DNA of 64,000 nucleotides from Candidatus Nomurabacteria bacterium (GTDB lineage: Bacteria > Patescibacteriota > Minisyncoccia > Phycocordibacterales > UBA2100): positions 24,846-88,845 of the forward strand of contig CALRHH010000003.1 in assembly GCA_943359395.1 (NCBI GenBank). The letters are read 5' to 3'. The notes under the pieces were generated by a model. The model searched no databases. It was not told the origin of the DNA and worked only from the letters and a program-made list of their open reading frames with translations. Of this stretch, positions 49,868 through 60,819 are shown one piece after another. Each line of letters opens with the position of its first letter. Position 1 is the first letter of the stretch. A program made the translations under genes and the position numbers.

Positions 49868-51388
49868 CTACTGCTCCCGCCACAGCTGCAGGAGGTAATC
49901 ACTACCGATACCGGGCGTAAAAGGCGCTGGATTAAAGGCTTGGAGCCTATCGTAACTCTCGTATCGGTTAAGAAATCCGGACGTATTCGCTCCGGGGCAA
50001 TATGAACTTGAGTAAGACCACTGAGTACCGACACGCTTATTCGAGACAATGGTGCCGTTCAGAGTCAGCGATGTTCTTTTGTCGTACGGTGCCTCCTCAC
50101 AATCGTAGAGGTTACGGCCGTAGTATCCATTTTGTGCGACAAACGTCCCTCGTACAGACATGACGGTCGGAGTATTTTCCGGATACATAATTGAATTTTC
50201 CGCTATAACGGTAAGTCCCGTAGTTCCGTCCGTCGTCTGGTAGTTTATGTTGTTGGGAATCAAGACGTCGGGGTTGTACGGACTCGATACGTCCGCATCT
50301 GCGGCTACCACTGTAATTTTACCTAGAACAGTACCTTCAATCCATGTGCGCGCCTTCGAGTAAATAATGGCACAGCCAGACGGAACCGTGAATGGTGAGC
50401 CCGTGAGTTCCGTTTCGGCCGCAATCCTATAGTAGTCGTGCAGCCACGTGCTCCCCGTATCAACGTGCTGGCTCCAATTCCACGATGTGGCCGTAACGCT
50501 ATAAATTCGCACGGTACCGTTACTCTGAAATATTATGTGGTACCCCTTCTGTTCGTTTTTCGCGACGGTGGAGTAGGTACTCCCCTTTTTGACGTTACCC
50601 ACGTACGTCTCGGTCCCCGAAAGAAAGATACCGCTCGCCCTTGCATACGTCTCAAGGTTGGTAAACGAAGTCGAGATACTTCCAAAGTCTATCGATTGCA
50701 CTGGATACAACCAGAGCGCAGAGCCGCTACCAGCACCAAATACGCCCGCCTTTGTCTGCGTCGGTGAACAGCCGAACGATGAGCTGCATTGCCACGTGGA
50801 AACGGCGCTCGAGACAGTTGAATTATTTGTTCCGTCCATTCGAATACCGAGATTGTTGAAGTACGGTCCGGTGATTTGGCGGTCGGAACCCGCCCACACG
50901 TCACTATTGAGGAGGTTTGAATACTCTCCGACGGAAGGTCTCATGTAGCGCGCCAAAAGCGTCCGTTTAAACGTGGGGTCCACGCTGGCGGATCCCGTCG
51001 AGGAAAGATCCACCCACTGCGTCCTCCCGCATTGAAGTGCGGCCGTCGCTGTAATGGTGGCGCTTCCAACCGTACCTCCCTCAGGGTCAGATACGACGTA
51101 TGTAGTCGGTAGCGAACTGAGCCCCGCGCCCGTCGACATTATTGTTCCGCCCGCAGCCGTGTTGTGCGCAATGAGCCATCGAAAATTCTCGAGTCCTGCC
51201 TCGGCAATATGAAGTGCTTGCTCACCGGCAAAGAGAGCGCGTCCATACCTCCCTTGCTGTAAAGCGTAGCTCGAGATCGTACCCAAAATGAGCATAAAAA
51301 CTACCGTGAACCCAACAACCATGAGTGTCGTCATGCCCGCTTGCGGTGAACGGGGAATGCTAGGACGAGAGACGCGGGAATGTTCCAT
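49868..51388 (-). CDS. PilX-like minor pilin/pilus-associated protein
   Basis: QAG|MTTLMVV prepilin-like N-terminus; ALHIAEAGLE. Confidence 0.75.
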   Translation of the reverse strand: MEHSRVSRPSIPRSPQAGMTTLMVVGFTVVFMLILGTISSYALQQGRYGRALFAGEQALHIAEAGLENFRWLIAHNTAAGGTIMSTGAGLSSLPTTYVVSDPEGGTVGSATITATAALQCGRTQWVDLSSTGSASVDPTFKRTLLARYMRPSVGEYSNLLNSDVWAGSDRQITGPYFNNLGIRMDGTNNSTVSSAVSTWQCSSSFGCSPTQTKAGVFGAGSGSALWLYPVQSIDFGSISTSFTNLETYARASGIFLSGTETYVGNVKKGSTYSTVAKNEQKGYHIIFQSNGTVRIYSVTATSWNWSQHVDTGSTWLHDYYRIAAETELTGSPFTVPSGCAIIYSKARTWIEGTVLGKITVVAADADVSSPYNPDVLIPNNINYQTTDGTTGLTVIAENSIMYPENTPTVMSVRGTFVAQNGYYGRNLYDCEEAPYDKRTSLTLNGTIVSNKRVGTQWSYSSSYCPGANTSGFLNRYESYDRLQAFNPAPFTPGIGSDYLLQLWREQ

Positions 51389-51390
51389 AA

Positions 51391-51996
51391 TTAGCGGCGA
51401 ATGATATTCCGCATCGCGGCGGAAGAACGGAATGTCACCGAGACAGGGGGTTTGTTTACATCTACGTCGACGACAATATTCGCAGTCACAAAACGCAACC
51501 CTAAAATATTAGTGTAATTGAGTATCTGGACGCCACTCGCATCAAAGTAGGTAAATGCGCCGAGTGCTTGTGATATATTCCTGACATTTTCGGCAATAAT
51601 AGTCGCCACTTCTGCACCAGTATAGGCTGGAGGATCTCCCGTCGGGTTTACTATTCCCTCATACAGATTCGTACCTTGTACGTAGTAATGCACTCTCTCG
51701 ATGGCCGAATCGCTGTCGACATCCGCATAAAATACAAAATCATTGGCCGCGAGAGAAACAACGGGATACGCTCCGTTGCTCGAATACGCCGCCTCGCGAA
51801 TCGTTCGAACCATTCTGTCGATGCCACGTTGTGCCGAGGTCACGGCGGTCGCTTCCTGCAGGGCGAAACTGCTCGTACGGTAAAAATAGAGGAGAGAAGA
51901 TACGATGGCCACCATCGTCACGGCGAACATCCCCACCCAAACGACAACCTCGAGGAGTGAGAGCCCGCGGATATGCCTTGAATTTGTCGCGTACAT
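51391..51996 (-). CDS. PilW-like minor pilin
   Basis: RG|LSLLEVVV prepilin motif. Confidence 0.8.
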   Translation of the reverse strand: MYATNSRHIRGLSLLEVVVWVGMFAVTMVAIVSSLLYFYRTSSFALQEATAVTSAQRGIDRMVRTIREAAYSSNGAYPVVSLAANDFVFYADVDSDSAIERVHYYVQGTNLYEGIVNPTGDPPAYTGAEVATIIAENVRNISQALGAFTYFDASGVQILNYTNILGLRFVTANIVVDVDVNKPPVSVTFRSSAAMRNIIRR

Positions 51997-51997
51997 A

Positions 51998-53803
51998 TTA
52001 GTTGAGTAGGACGGAACTACGCGTCGTCCCGCTTACGGACATCGAGCCGTTCGTACTGGTCGAATATCCTGAGGCGGAAACGACCAGTGTGTACGTACCA
52101 GATGAAAGACTACTGAAGATGGTCTGGCCACATCGGTCAGCGGTTTGCGTTGTGTCATATCCGGTCTTATACAGACGGACCGTCGCGTACGGGATGAAGC
52201 TTCCCGTCGCCGCCGAGCGCACATCCACGGCGAGTGCATGCGATGAGTGCGCGACGAGGTAAATGTCACTCACCGTTTGTGATCCCGCCACGAGAGAGAA
52301 CTTCGTTGACGTATCGAGCAGCTGAGGACTTTCTAATACCCCGTGGCAGGCTGACGCAATATCGTACACCGAGCCACTGGACTTAAATTCGTATGTGTCC
52401 CACTCCATGTTCGGTAACACAACACTCGCGCCCGCACCGCTGTTTTGACTTGTGCTGTATTTGTACTGAGTACCCGAAGGACCCGTCCCGATAGTCTTGG
52501 CCCCTACTAAAGTAAACACGACGTTCGGCAAGGGGTTGGGGCCGTAGTCGTACGAGATTGTATAAGAGTCTATTGACGGGGTGACGGAGGGACTGGCTGA
52601 TGTCAAAATTGATGCAACGCGAATAGACGGGTATGTTGTCGTCGATACATTCAGAAGGCTAATCGTCGAAGTGCCGATTCCCGCACTATTACCGGGAATT
52701 GCCGAGTCTGGGATAAGTGTCGTGCCCGAACCATCGTAAAAACGAAACAAAATTGAGGTTTGAGCGGGAGTTGATGTCGACGCGGAAAAGCTCTTCCACT
52801 TGCTAAGCGTCGTCGGCGCGATTGCAATAGATTGCAAATCGCCCGTCGCGGGATAGGAGCCCGCGCTCCCCGTGAGACGTACCACGCCACTCGCAACGGT
52901 AGTGGTAGCCGAACTCGCGATTTTACTCGAATCGGTGAACGTATCGGTCCACGTAGCGGGAAGGATTGGAGTCCACGTGTTGATTGTTTTTTGTGCCAAT
53001 ACATCGATACCGAATTGCCATGTTTTCGTCTGATTTGGAAATACGATGAGATGAGCTGGGCTCGGACTCGTATTCTGGGCGGTGACGCCATACGTCTGGT
53101 CTGATGAGTAGTCGGTCTTCGTTACCGTAATTTGGTACGCTCCAGTTGTCGTTGCGCCGATAAAGGAGGCCGTGCCGTTAACATTTGTATAAGTGGTGAA
53201 ATCAATAGCGAGACTCGCTGGCGTTGTCCCAGAATTTACGACGTGTATCTGAGCGTTTGAGACAGGCTGTGAGGACGAGTTAACGACGTTGAGTGTGAGG
53301 GTCCCTCCCGGGACCGCCGTTTCAATCCCGTTGCCGCCCGGACTCATGCGCGACAGTACAGTGATGTGCCTCTCCGTTCCACGGGATGTCCAATACACGT
53401 CGGAACGAAGCGCCTTGTAGTCGGCTGTAATGCTGTTGGTGTCAGCGCCGCCCAAGCCGTCCCCCGAGTCATCGGCATACTGAATGAACGTGCGGCGCGT
53501 ATAGGAGACACCGTTCAAGACGACTGTCTCTGTCTGCGGAATTATTCCTGCAGGTATTCCTCCTACCGTCCCGACTTGCGCATATGTAAGGCTGCGGATA
53601 TATTCCATGCGTTCATTGGCGAGCGCGATGGCTCCTGCGCGCGCCTTGCTGTTGAGGACGACATCAACCGACAATTGAAATGCGGCGAAAATCCCCAAAA
53701 AGACGACGAGCATGAGCGCCGTGCCCACAACGGTGTCCATCAGAGTCATCCCTCGCGAACGAGAAGCTGGCACAGTATAATCTGGAGAAATATATCTTTT
53801 CAT
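51998..53803 (-). CDS. Large PilV-like minor pilin with beta-sandwich domains
   Basis: RG|MTLMDTVV, LANERMEYIRSL; Thr/Ser-rich Ig-like modules. Confidence 0.75.
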   Translation of the reverse strand: MKRYISPDYTVPASRSRGMTLMDTVVGTALMLVVFLGIFAAFQLSVDVVLNSKARAGAIALANERMEYIRSLTYAQVGTVGGIPAGIIPQTETVVLNGVSYTRRTFIQYADDSGDGLGGADTNSITADYKALRSDVYWTSRGTERHITVLSRMSPGGNGIETAVPGGTLTLNVVNSSSQPVSNAQIHVVNSGTTPASLAIDFTTYTNVNGTASFIGATTTGAYQITVTKTDYSSDQTYGVTAQNTSPSPAHLIVFPNQTKTWQFGIDVLAQKTINTWTPILPATWTDTFTDSSKIASSATTTVASGVVRLTGSAGSYPATGDLQSIAIAPTTLSKWKSFSASTSTPAQTSILFRFYDGSGTTLIPDSAIPGNSAGIGTSTISLLNVSTTTYPSIRVASILTSASPSVTPSIDSYTISYDYGPNPLPNVVFTLVGAKTIGTGPSGTQYKYSTSQNSGAGASVVLPNMEWDTYEFKSSGSVYDIASACHGVLESPQLLDTSTKFSLVAGSQTVSDIYLVAHSSHALAVDVRSAATGSFIPYATVRLYKTGYDTTQTADRCGQTIFSSLSSGTYTLVVSASGYSTSTNGSMSVSGTTRSSVLLN

Positions 53804-53838
53804 TTTCCTTTCAGCTGTACCATACCAGCCTGCGGTCG

Positions 53839-55053
53839 CTAAATGTTCTCCGAGAGGGAGTAGATTGGACTTATCATCGAGACCGCAAAGAACCCAACCG
53901 CCCCTCCGATAATGAGCATGAGGAATGGCTCGATGATAGTCGACATATCTTTGGTCTTGCGGTCCACTTCAACCTCATAAAATACCGCGAGGCGTTTCAG
54001 CATTTCCGCAGTTTGTCCGGTCTCTTCGCCAACCGCCATCATTTCGCCCACGAATGCGGGGTAAAGGTCTTCTCGTCGCATGAACGCTGCCGAGAGAGGT
54101 TGACCTCCGCCCACGGCGACAGATGCATCTTTTATGACATTTCGGAAATATGAATTCTGTACGACTTCACCCACGATATCGAGCGATGTAATCACATCGA
54201 CACCCGAAGAAAGGAGCGAGGCGAGTGTGCGTGCCGTGCGTGCCGCATTGACTTCGCGTACCATCACGCCGATGAGCGGCAGATGTATAAAGAAGAAATC
54301 CAACCCTCTTTTTCCCCACGACGTGTGGGCAATGATGTACAAAAGTGCAACTGCCCCAAGCATGCCTCCGACCGCCACGAGGGTGTACTGGACAAGGAAG
54401 TCGCTGATACCAATGACCACTTGAGTCGAGGCAGGCAGGTCCGCGTTCATTTCTTTGAACGTCTGCGCCAAGGTCGGCACGACCTCTATCATCATGACAA
54501 TACCGATACCGAATATCGCTATCAAAATGATGCACGGATAAATGAGTGCCCCCCGTATCTTCTTCTTCAATTCATACATCCGCTCCATTTGGTCGGATGT
54601 GACGGTAAGAGCGGACGAGAGGTCCCCCCCTTCTTCTCCCGCACGGACCATGGCAACGAATATCTTTGGAAACACGCGCGGGAATTTTGCGAGGGCGGCG
54701 TGGAGAGTCTCACCCCGACGGACATCGGAAGAAACCTGTGAGACAATTAGAGACATTTTTGGGTTCTTTGTCTGTCTCTCGATGACCGCCAAGGCGCGCG
54801 CAAGCGCCAATCCCGCGCTCAACATCGCGCCCAGATTGCGGGAAAAAAGGATCTTTTCGTACTCAGATATACGGGAAATCTTTGCGTTCCAGTACGCCAT
54901 TGAACGCCAGCTCGTGTCGTTTGATTCTTCGAGTGAAATTATTTTGCCTCCTTCCTGCCGCACGACATCATAGAGTTCAAATCGGTCGGCGGCTTCGCCG
55001 ACGCCTTTGTATACTTCTCCGTCACTTTTTTCAGCAGTGTAGGTGAACTTCAT
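53839..55053 (-). CDS. pilC: Type IV pilus platform protein (GspF/PilC)
   Basis: MVRAGEEGG, ALIYP, VGEETG, IIEPFLM. Confidence 0.92.
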   Translation of the reverse strand: MKFTYTAEKSDGEVYKGVGEAADRFELYDVVRQEGGKIISLEESNDTSWRSMAYWNAKISRISEYEKILFSRNLGAMLSAGLALARALAVIERQTKNPKMSLIVSQVSSDVRRGETLHAALAKFPRVFPKIFVAMVRAGEEGGDLSSALTVTSDQMERMYELKKKIRGALIYPCIILIAIFGIGIVMMIEVVPTLAQTFKEMNADLPASTQVVIGISDFLVQYTLVAVGGMLGAVALLYIIAHTSWGKRGLDFFFIHLPLIGVMVREVNAARTARTLASLLSSGVDVITSLDIVGEVVQNSYFRNVIKDASVAVGGGQPLSAAFMRREDLYPAFVGEMMAVGEETGQTAEMLKRLAVFYEVEVDRKTKDMSTIIEPFLMLIIGGAVGFFAVSMISPIYSLSENI

Positions 55054-55066
55054 CCACGTAAGTATA

Positions 55067-55162
55067 CCCCGTGAGATAAACATGAAGGCTGTTTTATGCA
55101 CTTTTTTCTTCAGTATCAAACTCGCGCGTCGACAGGACAATCGTCATCTGTATCTCATTGGG
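55067..55162. mobile_element. MITE-like element copy 3 (96 bp, degenerate right end), TSD TATA
   Basis: TATA|CCCCGTGAGATA...TATCTCATTGGG|TATA between pilB and pilC. Confidence 0.65.
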
Positions 55163-55200
55163 TATAGCGCGCAAAACGCTTGTGCTTACTTTTTTCCACC

Positions 55201-56958
55201 CTACTCGGTGATAACGCGCAACACTTCTTCAATAGTAGTAACCCCTTGCGCCGCTTTGAAAATACCGTCCTCGCTCATCGTGAGCATGCCTTCGCTCCGA
55301 GCCTGTTTCTCAATCGCATCTCCCGTTTCGTTTTTCATCACGAGCTCTTTGATCGTCGAGGTCATCGGCAAGACTTCATAAATTCCAACGCGTCCCGAAT
55401 ATCCCGAAGGAGTCTGACCATTCTCTTTTTGCTTGTAGAAAGAGACATTTTTCCATGTGGCATTTGCCGCGACTGCCTTTTCTTCCTTGAGTGCTTTCAG
55501 CACGGTTCCCACATCTACCACACGTTCAAGCTGTGTTTGTTCATCGCGCGAGAGTTCGTATTTTTCCTTGTCGGGCGAGAGTTTGCGCACGAGTCGCTGT
55601 CCGATGATGACACGGAGCGTGGAGACGAGGAGAAATGGCTCAACGCCCATGTCGAGTAATCGCGCGACAGCACCTGCCGCAGAGTTGGTGTGCAGCGTCG
55701 AGAGTACGAGGTGTCCCGTGAGTGCGGCGTTGATTGCAAGCGACGCAGTTTCTTTGTCGCGGATTTCACCAACCATGACGATGTCCGGGTCCTGGCGAAC
55801 GAGAGAGCGCAGACCGTTGGCAAAGGTGAATCCGATATCGGGCCGTACCTGTGTCTGGTTGATACGCGGCATCTGATATTCAATAGGGTCCTCAATAGTG
55901 GATATGTTCACATCGGGTGTATTCACGATATCGAGCAGCGTGTAGAGTGTCGTCGATTTTCCGGCGCCTGTCGGACCGGTGGTCAGTATCATGCCGGTTG
56001 TCTTGCGCATCGCTTCGTGCATGCGCTCAAGACCACTGCCATGGAATCCAACGCTTTCGAGCGTAAATCCGGAAATGGAGTCCCGCAAAAGGCGCATAAC
56101 AATCTTCTCTCCATAATAGGTTGGCAAAATTGACACACGGAATGAAATTTTCTCACCGCCACTCTCGGCTCCGAAGCGACCGTCCTGCGGTAAGCGATGT
56201 TCGTCGAGACGCATGTTTGCCAAGACTTTGATACGCGCAGTGAGTGCGGCGGCGGCATGCTTCGGAAGCTCCATCGCGTCGTGCAAGATTCCGTCGATAC
56301 GGTAACGAATGAGGAGTGTTTGCTCGAGGGGCTCTATGTGAATATCCGAGGCGTTCTGCGCGTTCGCATGTCTAATGAGCGTGTCGACGATGCGTACCGC
56401 GGGAATACCTTCTGCTATCTCTTTCAAGTCTACCTCTTTTCCCTCACCCGCCGCGACAAGGTCGGCAGCGGTTTTCTCAAGAGCAGCTGTCTCACGCCCG
56501 ATGACATCTCCGAGATTATCTTTGAGTCCTTGCTGGTACTGCTTAAGTGCCGTTTTGATGGAATCGACATCGGTGAGTCGTGGCAAAACCTTGAGATGCG
56601 TCTTCTTCTTTATGAAGTCTATCGCCGCCAAATCATCAGTGTCGAGCATCGCCACTTCGAGCTCTTCCGCATTGTGATTGTACGCGATGATGTTATTGCG
56701 TCGTGCGACGGGCTCAGGAATCATTGAGAGGACATCGTATTTAATCGTCGTCCCGACGAGCGACACGAATGGAATACCGAGGATGTAAGCGTAGGTGCGA
56801 CGCAGCTCGTCTTCGCCGATTGCATTCTTCGCTTTCAAGACATCCCCCACCTGTTGCCCCGTCTTCTTCGCCTCAACATCAGCGGCATCAAAATCTTTTT
56901 GCGAAACGAGCCCCGCATCAGCGAGAAATGATTTGAGGTGTGTGTCCGAGATGTACAT
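55201..56958 (-). CDS. pilB: Type IV pilus assembly ATPase (GspE/PilB)
   Basis: ASDIHIEP, PQDGR, GPTGAGKST, EDPIEY, RQDPD, TGHLVLSTLHTN. Confidence 0.95.
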   Translation of the reverse strand: MYISDTHLKSFLADAGLVSQKDFDAADVEAKKTGQQVGDVLKAKNAIGEDELRRTYAYILGIPFVSLVGTTIKYDVLSMIPEPVARRNNIIAYNHNAEELEVAMLDTDDLAAIDFIKKKTHLKVLPRLTDVDSIKTALKQYQQGLKDNLGDVIGRETAALEKTAADLVAAGEGKEVDLKEIAEGIPAVRIVDTLIRHANAQNASDIHIEPLEQTLLIRYRIDGILHDAMELPKHAAAALTARIKVLANMRLDEHRLPQDGRFGAESGGEKISFRVSILPTYYGEKIVMRLLRDSISGFTLESVGFHGSGLERMHEAMRKTTGMILTTGPTGAGKSTTLYTLLDIVNTPDVNISTIEDPIEYQMPRINQTQVRPDIGFTFANGLRSLVRQDPDIVMVGEIRDKETASLAINAALTGHLVLSTLHTNSAAGAVARLLDMGVEPFLLVSTLRVIIGQRLVRKLSPDKEKYELSRDEQTQLERVVDVGTVLKALKEEKAVAANATWKNVSFYKQKENGQTPSGYSGRVGIYEVLPMTSTIKELVMKNETGDAIEKQARSEGMLTMSEDGIFKAAQGVTTIEEVLRVITE

Positions 56959-57075
56959 ACCCTATGATTATATCAGTCCCCGGCGACTGGATTCTCAATC
57001 CACAACGTCACATTGTGCGTATATGTACTGAGTATAGAATTGCTGTGTTGTCGTCATAGGTGATGCATCAGACGT

Positions 57076-57465
57076 ATGAATCTCGACCAAGACCCGAATG
57101 CGAACATAATGAAGAGTCCTGAGCTTCAAGAAGCAATGGATCTGCGGGGTAGAATATCGGACATCATGGGGCAAGTGAAACAAGGTAACCCTGCTGTCTA
57201 TGAAATGCTGGGCGGTGAGGAGTCACAAGATTTATTGGATGGCGCGCTTAGTTCCCGTACTGATGACGTTTCGCTTATTGCACAATATAGCGAAGCATGG
57301 AAAAGTGGTCTTGCTGTCTTGGAAGAGATAAAGACAATGCATAGTTCCAAAGCCCCCGAAGACGCCCTCCGCAAAAAAGGTGAAGAATTTCAGAGTAGCA
57401 TGGGATTCGATACATTCCTGTATATAGCCCCTAGCGGGGTCCTCTTCCAAAGAAGAAAGAAGTAG
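57076..57465 (+). CDS. Hypothetical protein
   Basis: 129-aa ORF in gap; no motif. Confidence 0.55.
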   Translation: MNLDQDPNANIMKSPELQEAMDLRGRISDIMGQVKQGNPAVYEMLGGEESQDLLDGALSSRTDDVSLIAQYSEAWKSGLAVLEEIKTMHSSKAPEDALRKKGEEFQSSMGFDTFLYIAPSGVLFQRRKK

Positions 57466-57487
57466 CGCGTGATGGCTGCAAGCTGTC

Positions 57488-57553
57488 TTGACCTTAGAAT
57501 AATTCGGTGTATACTGGCCTGCATAAGTTCCGCCTCTGGCGGGCGCTTTTTTT
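57488..57553 (+). promoter_or_regulatory. nusA promoter and attenuator-like leader hairpin
   Basis: TTGACC-16-TATACT, then CCGCC-TCT-GGCGG followed by a T run, resembling rimP-nusA leaders. Confidence 0.55.
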
Positions 57554-57578
57554 AGAAGACTTCAAAAAACACAAAAAT

Positions 57579-58919
57579 ATGGCTCTACTCGACCTCAAAT
57601 CACTCAACTCTGCTCTCGACGAATTGCAGACGGAGCGCGGCATTTCGCGCGAATCCGTCGTAGATGCCCTCTCAACAGCCCTCGCCGCCGCATACCGTCG
57701 CGAATACGGCAAGCGCGGACAAATAATCCGCGCCACATTCAATCCTGCGACGGGAGATATGGAGTTTCGTCAGGCAAAAATTGTCGTCGACAAGACGCTC
57801 GTCCGCGGGGAGGGTGATGAGCCTACGGGTGACGACGACCATCGTTCACGCTTCAATCCAGAGCAGCATATCATGATTGAAGATGCGCGTCGCATCAAAA
57901 AAGATTCCACGCTCGACGAAGAAATATCGTTCCCGCTCGAAACGCAGGAAGATTTCGGCCGCATCGCCGCACAAGCCGCAAAGCAGGTCATCATGCAGAA
58001 GGTGCGCGAGGCTGAGCGCACGAGTATTATCCAAGAATACGGACAACGTGAGGGTGATATCGTAACGGGCCATGTCCAGCGCTTCGAGCGCGGCAACCTC
58101 TTTGTCGACCTCGGTCGTGCGACCGCCATTCTTCCCTACGACGAGCAGATTCCGGGGGAGCGCTACCGTCAGGGAGAGCGCGTCCGCGCGCTTCTCTTGC
58201 GCGTGGACGAAGGTGTCCGCGGTACGTTCATCCGTCTCTCCCGTTCGCATCCGCGCTTCCTCACAAAATTGTTCGAGGCCGAGGTGCCCGAAATGGCCAG
58301 CGGCATCGTAGAGGTCAAGGGCATTGTCCGCGAACCGGGCAGCCGCGCAAAAATCGCCGTGTTTTCCAAAGACGACCACATCGACCCCGTCGGCGCACTT
58401 GTCGGCCAGCGAGGCGTCCGAGTCGCCGTCGTTACATCTGAATTGGGGGGTGAGAAAATCGACGTCGTCGAATGGTCAGAGAAGACCGAAGATTTCGTTA
58501 AAGAATCTCTGAAACCCGCTCAGGTCTTGGCGATAGAGCTCAACGAAGAAGAGAACCGCGCTATTGTACAAGTCGCCGAGGACCAGCAATCACTCGCTAT
58601 CGGTCGCGGTGGACAAAATGTCCGTCTCGCCGCCCGCCTCACGGGCTGGAAAATTGATATCCGTAGTACGGGCGGAGAGCACATAGCGGCAACGGACGGC
58701 TCGGAAGCTCCCGCAGTGCAAGATACGCAAGTAGAAGATATCTCCCAGAAAGAAAGCGGGTTTGAAGAAACAAAAAAGGAGATGGGTGAGGATGATGAAG
58801 CAGCTGACACTGGCGAGAAAAATATCGACCCCGTCGCTCAAGATCGCGATATCGCATCTGAGAAAGTTGAAGAACAGCAGGAGGAAGTGATTACAGACAA
58901 AGAAAAAGACGCCGAATAG
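57579..58919 (+). CDS. nusA: Transcription factor NusA with acidic C-terminal tail
   Basis: FGRIAAQAAKQV, REPGSRAKIAV, GEKIDVV, SLAIGRGGQNVRLA; terminator ~58939..58972. Confidence 0.97.
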   Translation: MALLDLKSLNSALDELQTERGISRESVVDALSTALAAAYRREYGKRGQIIRATFNPATGDMEFRQAKIVVDKTLVRGEGDEPTGDDDHRSRFNPEQHIMIEDARRIKKDSTLDEEISFPLETQEDFGRIAAQAAKQVIMQKVREAERTSIIQEYGQREGDIVTGHVQRFERGNLFVDLGRATAILPYDEQIPGERYRQGERVRALLLRVDEGVRGTFIRLSRSHPRFLTKLFEAEVPEMASGIVEVKGIVREPGSRAKIAVFSKDDHIDPVGALVGQRGVRVAVVTSELGGEKIDVVEWSEKTEDFVKESLKPAQVLAIELNEEENRAIVQVAEDQQSLAIGRGGQNVRLAARLTGWKIDIRSTGGEHIAATDGSEAPAVQDTQVEDISQKESGFEETKKEMGEDDEAADTGEKNIDPVAQDRDIASEKVEEQQEEVITDKEKDAE

Positions 58920-59028
58920 GTACCGGGGTGAGGTTCTGAGCGGGGTTGTGCATAGCACAGCCCCGCTTTTTTCCCGTTCCACATAGCCGACACTTTCCAA
59001 AAACGACCTTTCTGTTACACTCTCTCTT

Positions 59029-59565
59029 ATGAATCTTTGGCACGACATACCGCTTGGCGATGGCGCACCTGAGGAATTCAACACCATCATCGAAATACCG
59101 CGCGGTTCGCACAACAAATATGAGATAGACAAAGACACCGGTCTCATCAAGCTCGACCGCGTCAATTTCTCTGCAGCACCGTATCCATTTGATTATGGAT
59201 TTGCCCCGCGGACACTTTGGGAAGACGGCGATGCGCTTGACGTGGTATTACTCACGACCAATCCTATTCCCTCAGGGATTCTCGTCACCGTTCGACCTGT
59301 TGGCCTCATGAAAATGATTGACGGCGGCGAATCCGACGACAAAGTACTCTGTGTACCGACCGATGATATTCGGTTTGACGACGTACATGACCTTGCAGAC
59401 ATCAATCCACACACCCTCAAAGAGATGCGGCACTTCTTTGAACACAACAAGGCGCTCAAGAAGAAGCCCGTTCAAATATCAATTACCGGATTTGAAGGTC
59501 GCGCTGCGGCTCTCGCAGCGGTCAGACGCTCTGTCGAACTCTATAAAGAGAAATTCGGAAAATAA
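59029..59565 (+). CDS. ppa: Inorganic pyrophosphatase
   Basis: EIPRGSHNKYE, YPFDYG, DGDALD, DDKV. Confidence 0.95.
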   Translation: MNLWHDIPLGDGAPEEFNTIIEIPRGSHNKYEIDKDTGLIKLDRVNFSAAPYPFDYGFAPRTLWEDGDALDVVLLTTNPIPSGILVTVRPVGLMKMIDGGESDDKVLCVPTDDIRFDDVHDLADINPHTLKEMRHFFEHNKALKKKPVQISITGFEGRAAALAAVRRSVELYKEKFGK

Positions 59566-59672
59566 CCCCCCACTCAGTAAGATTCCTTCCATCCCCACGT
59601 CTACTGGTACTGAGATGGTAGAATGTTTTGAATAGTCCTCCTTATCAAGAGTCATTAACTATACATTTTGGC

Positions 59673-60446
59673 ATGCAAAACTTAATAAGAATCTCGCTCC
59701 TTCCTCTCGTGGCGACACTGATTCTCAGTCTGGCAGGAGTAACGTACGCAGAAGACGGAAGTGCGGAGACGTCCGTGACTGTCGGAGCGACGACGTCTCG
59801 GTCCAAGCCTCGACCAACCCCTTTGCAGGTAATGCAAGAGAAAAAGGCTCGGCTGCTCGAAAATGCGAGGAGTATTCGACAAAACTTGCGCGGTGACTTG
59901 CAGGAGGAACGGGCGGAAACGCGCGTAGAGCTGAGAGCTGCGACCTCAGGACCTGAGCGTCGCGACATCATCAAAGGAAGCCTCGAGGACCGAAAAGAAG
60001 TCCGGGCAGACGCACGGGCGGAAATTAAAGGAAACATAAAGGAACGCCTCCAAGCGCTTATAAAAACGCATGTCGGATCTATCATTCGCCGCCTCGGCGC
60101 CGCATTCAAACAATTCGACAACATCATCGAGCGTATCGACTCACGTATACAGAAACTGAAACAGCGAGGCGTCGACACCTCATCCGTAGAAGCATCGCTT
60201 TCAACCTCAGCGAGCCTAGTCGCGACCGCAAAAGAGAACGCAGGAGCGCTCTCAACCCTCGTTGGATCTGTTAGCGAGTCCAGTGATGCCGCATCAGTCA
60301 AAGAACAGCTCCGTACCGCTACCGACAAAGCGACCGCGAGCGTGAAAGCGGCACACCGTGCGCTCCTCGAGACGGCGAAGATGCTCTCGGCGATTATACG
60401 CGCTTCGGCAAGTGTAGAATCGAGCTCATCTACGGAAGAAAATTAA
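59673..60446 (+). CDS. Secreted coiled-coil hypothetical protein
   Basis: Signal peptide ending TYA; charged helical body. Confidence 0.7.
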   Translation: MQNLIRISLLPLVATLILSLAGVTYAEDGSAETSVTVGATTSRSKPRPTPLQVMQEKKARLLENARSIRQNLRGDLQEERAETRVELRAATSGPERRDIIKGSLEDRKEVRADARAEIKGNIKERLQALIKTHVGSIIRRLGAAFKQFDNIIERIDSRIQKLKQRGVDTSSVEASLSTSASLVATAKENAGALSTLVGSVSESSDAASVKEQLRTATDKATASVKAAHRALLETAKMLSAIIRASASVESSSSTEEN

Positions 60447-60463
60447 TCACCACCAAAAAATCT

Positions 60464-60796
60464 ATGGAACCAAACACACCGGCAGAATCCAATACCCAAG
60501 GATACACAACACCTTCCGTGCTCACGAAGAGCTCTTCCGGACCCATTATCGGAGCCGTCATCATAATCGTGCTCCTCGTCTTCGGCGGTCTCTACGTATG
60601 GATGCAGGGACCTACAGATAAGATGAGCGACCTCCCCCTCATCCCAGGTGACCCGAGCGAAAACGAAGCATGGATACCAGAATCCACCACCTCCGATGCT
60701 GCCGCTGACATTGAAGCCGAGCTTACCGCAACGGATATGGACGCATTCGAAGCACAAATGAACGCAGACGCGGCGGCGGCGTCCAAAAGCTTGTAA
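60464..60796 (+). CDS. Single-TM small protein
   Basis: SSGPIIGAVIIIVLLVFGGLYVW; acidic tail. Confidence 0.7.
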   Translation: MEPNTPAESNTQGYTTPSVLTKSSSGPIIGAVIIIVLLVFGGLYVWMQGPTDKMSDLPLIPGDPSENEAWIPESTTSDAAADIEAELTATDMDAFEAQMNADAAAASKSL

Positions 60797-60819
60797 TCCG
60801 AGATGCTACAATTGAGTCG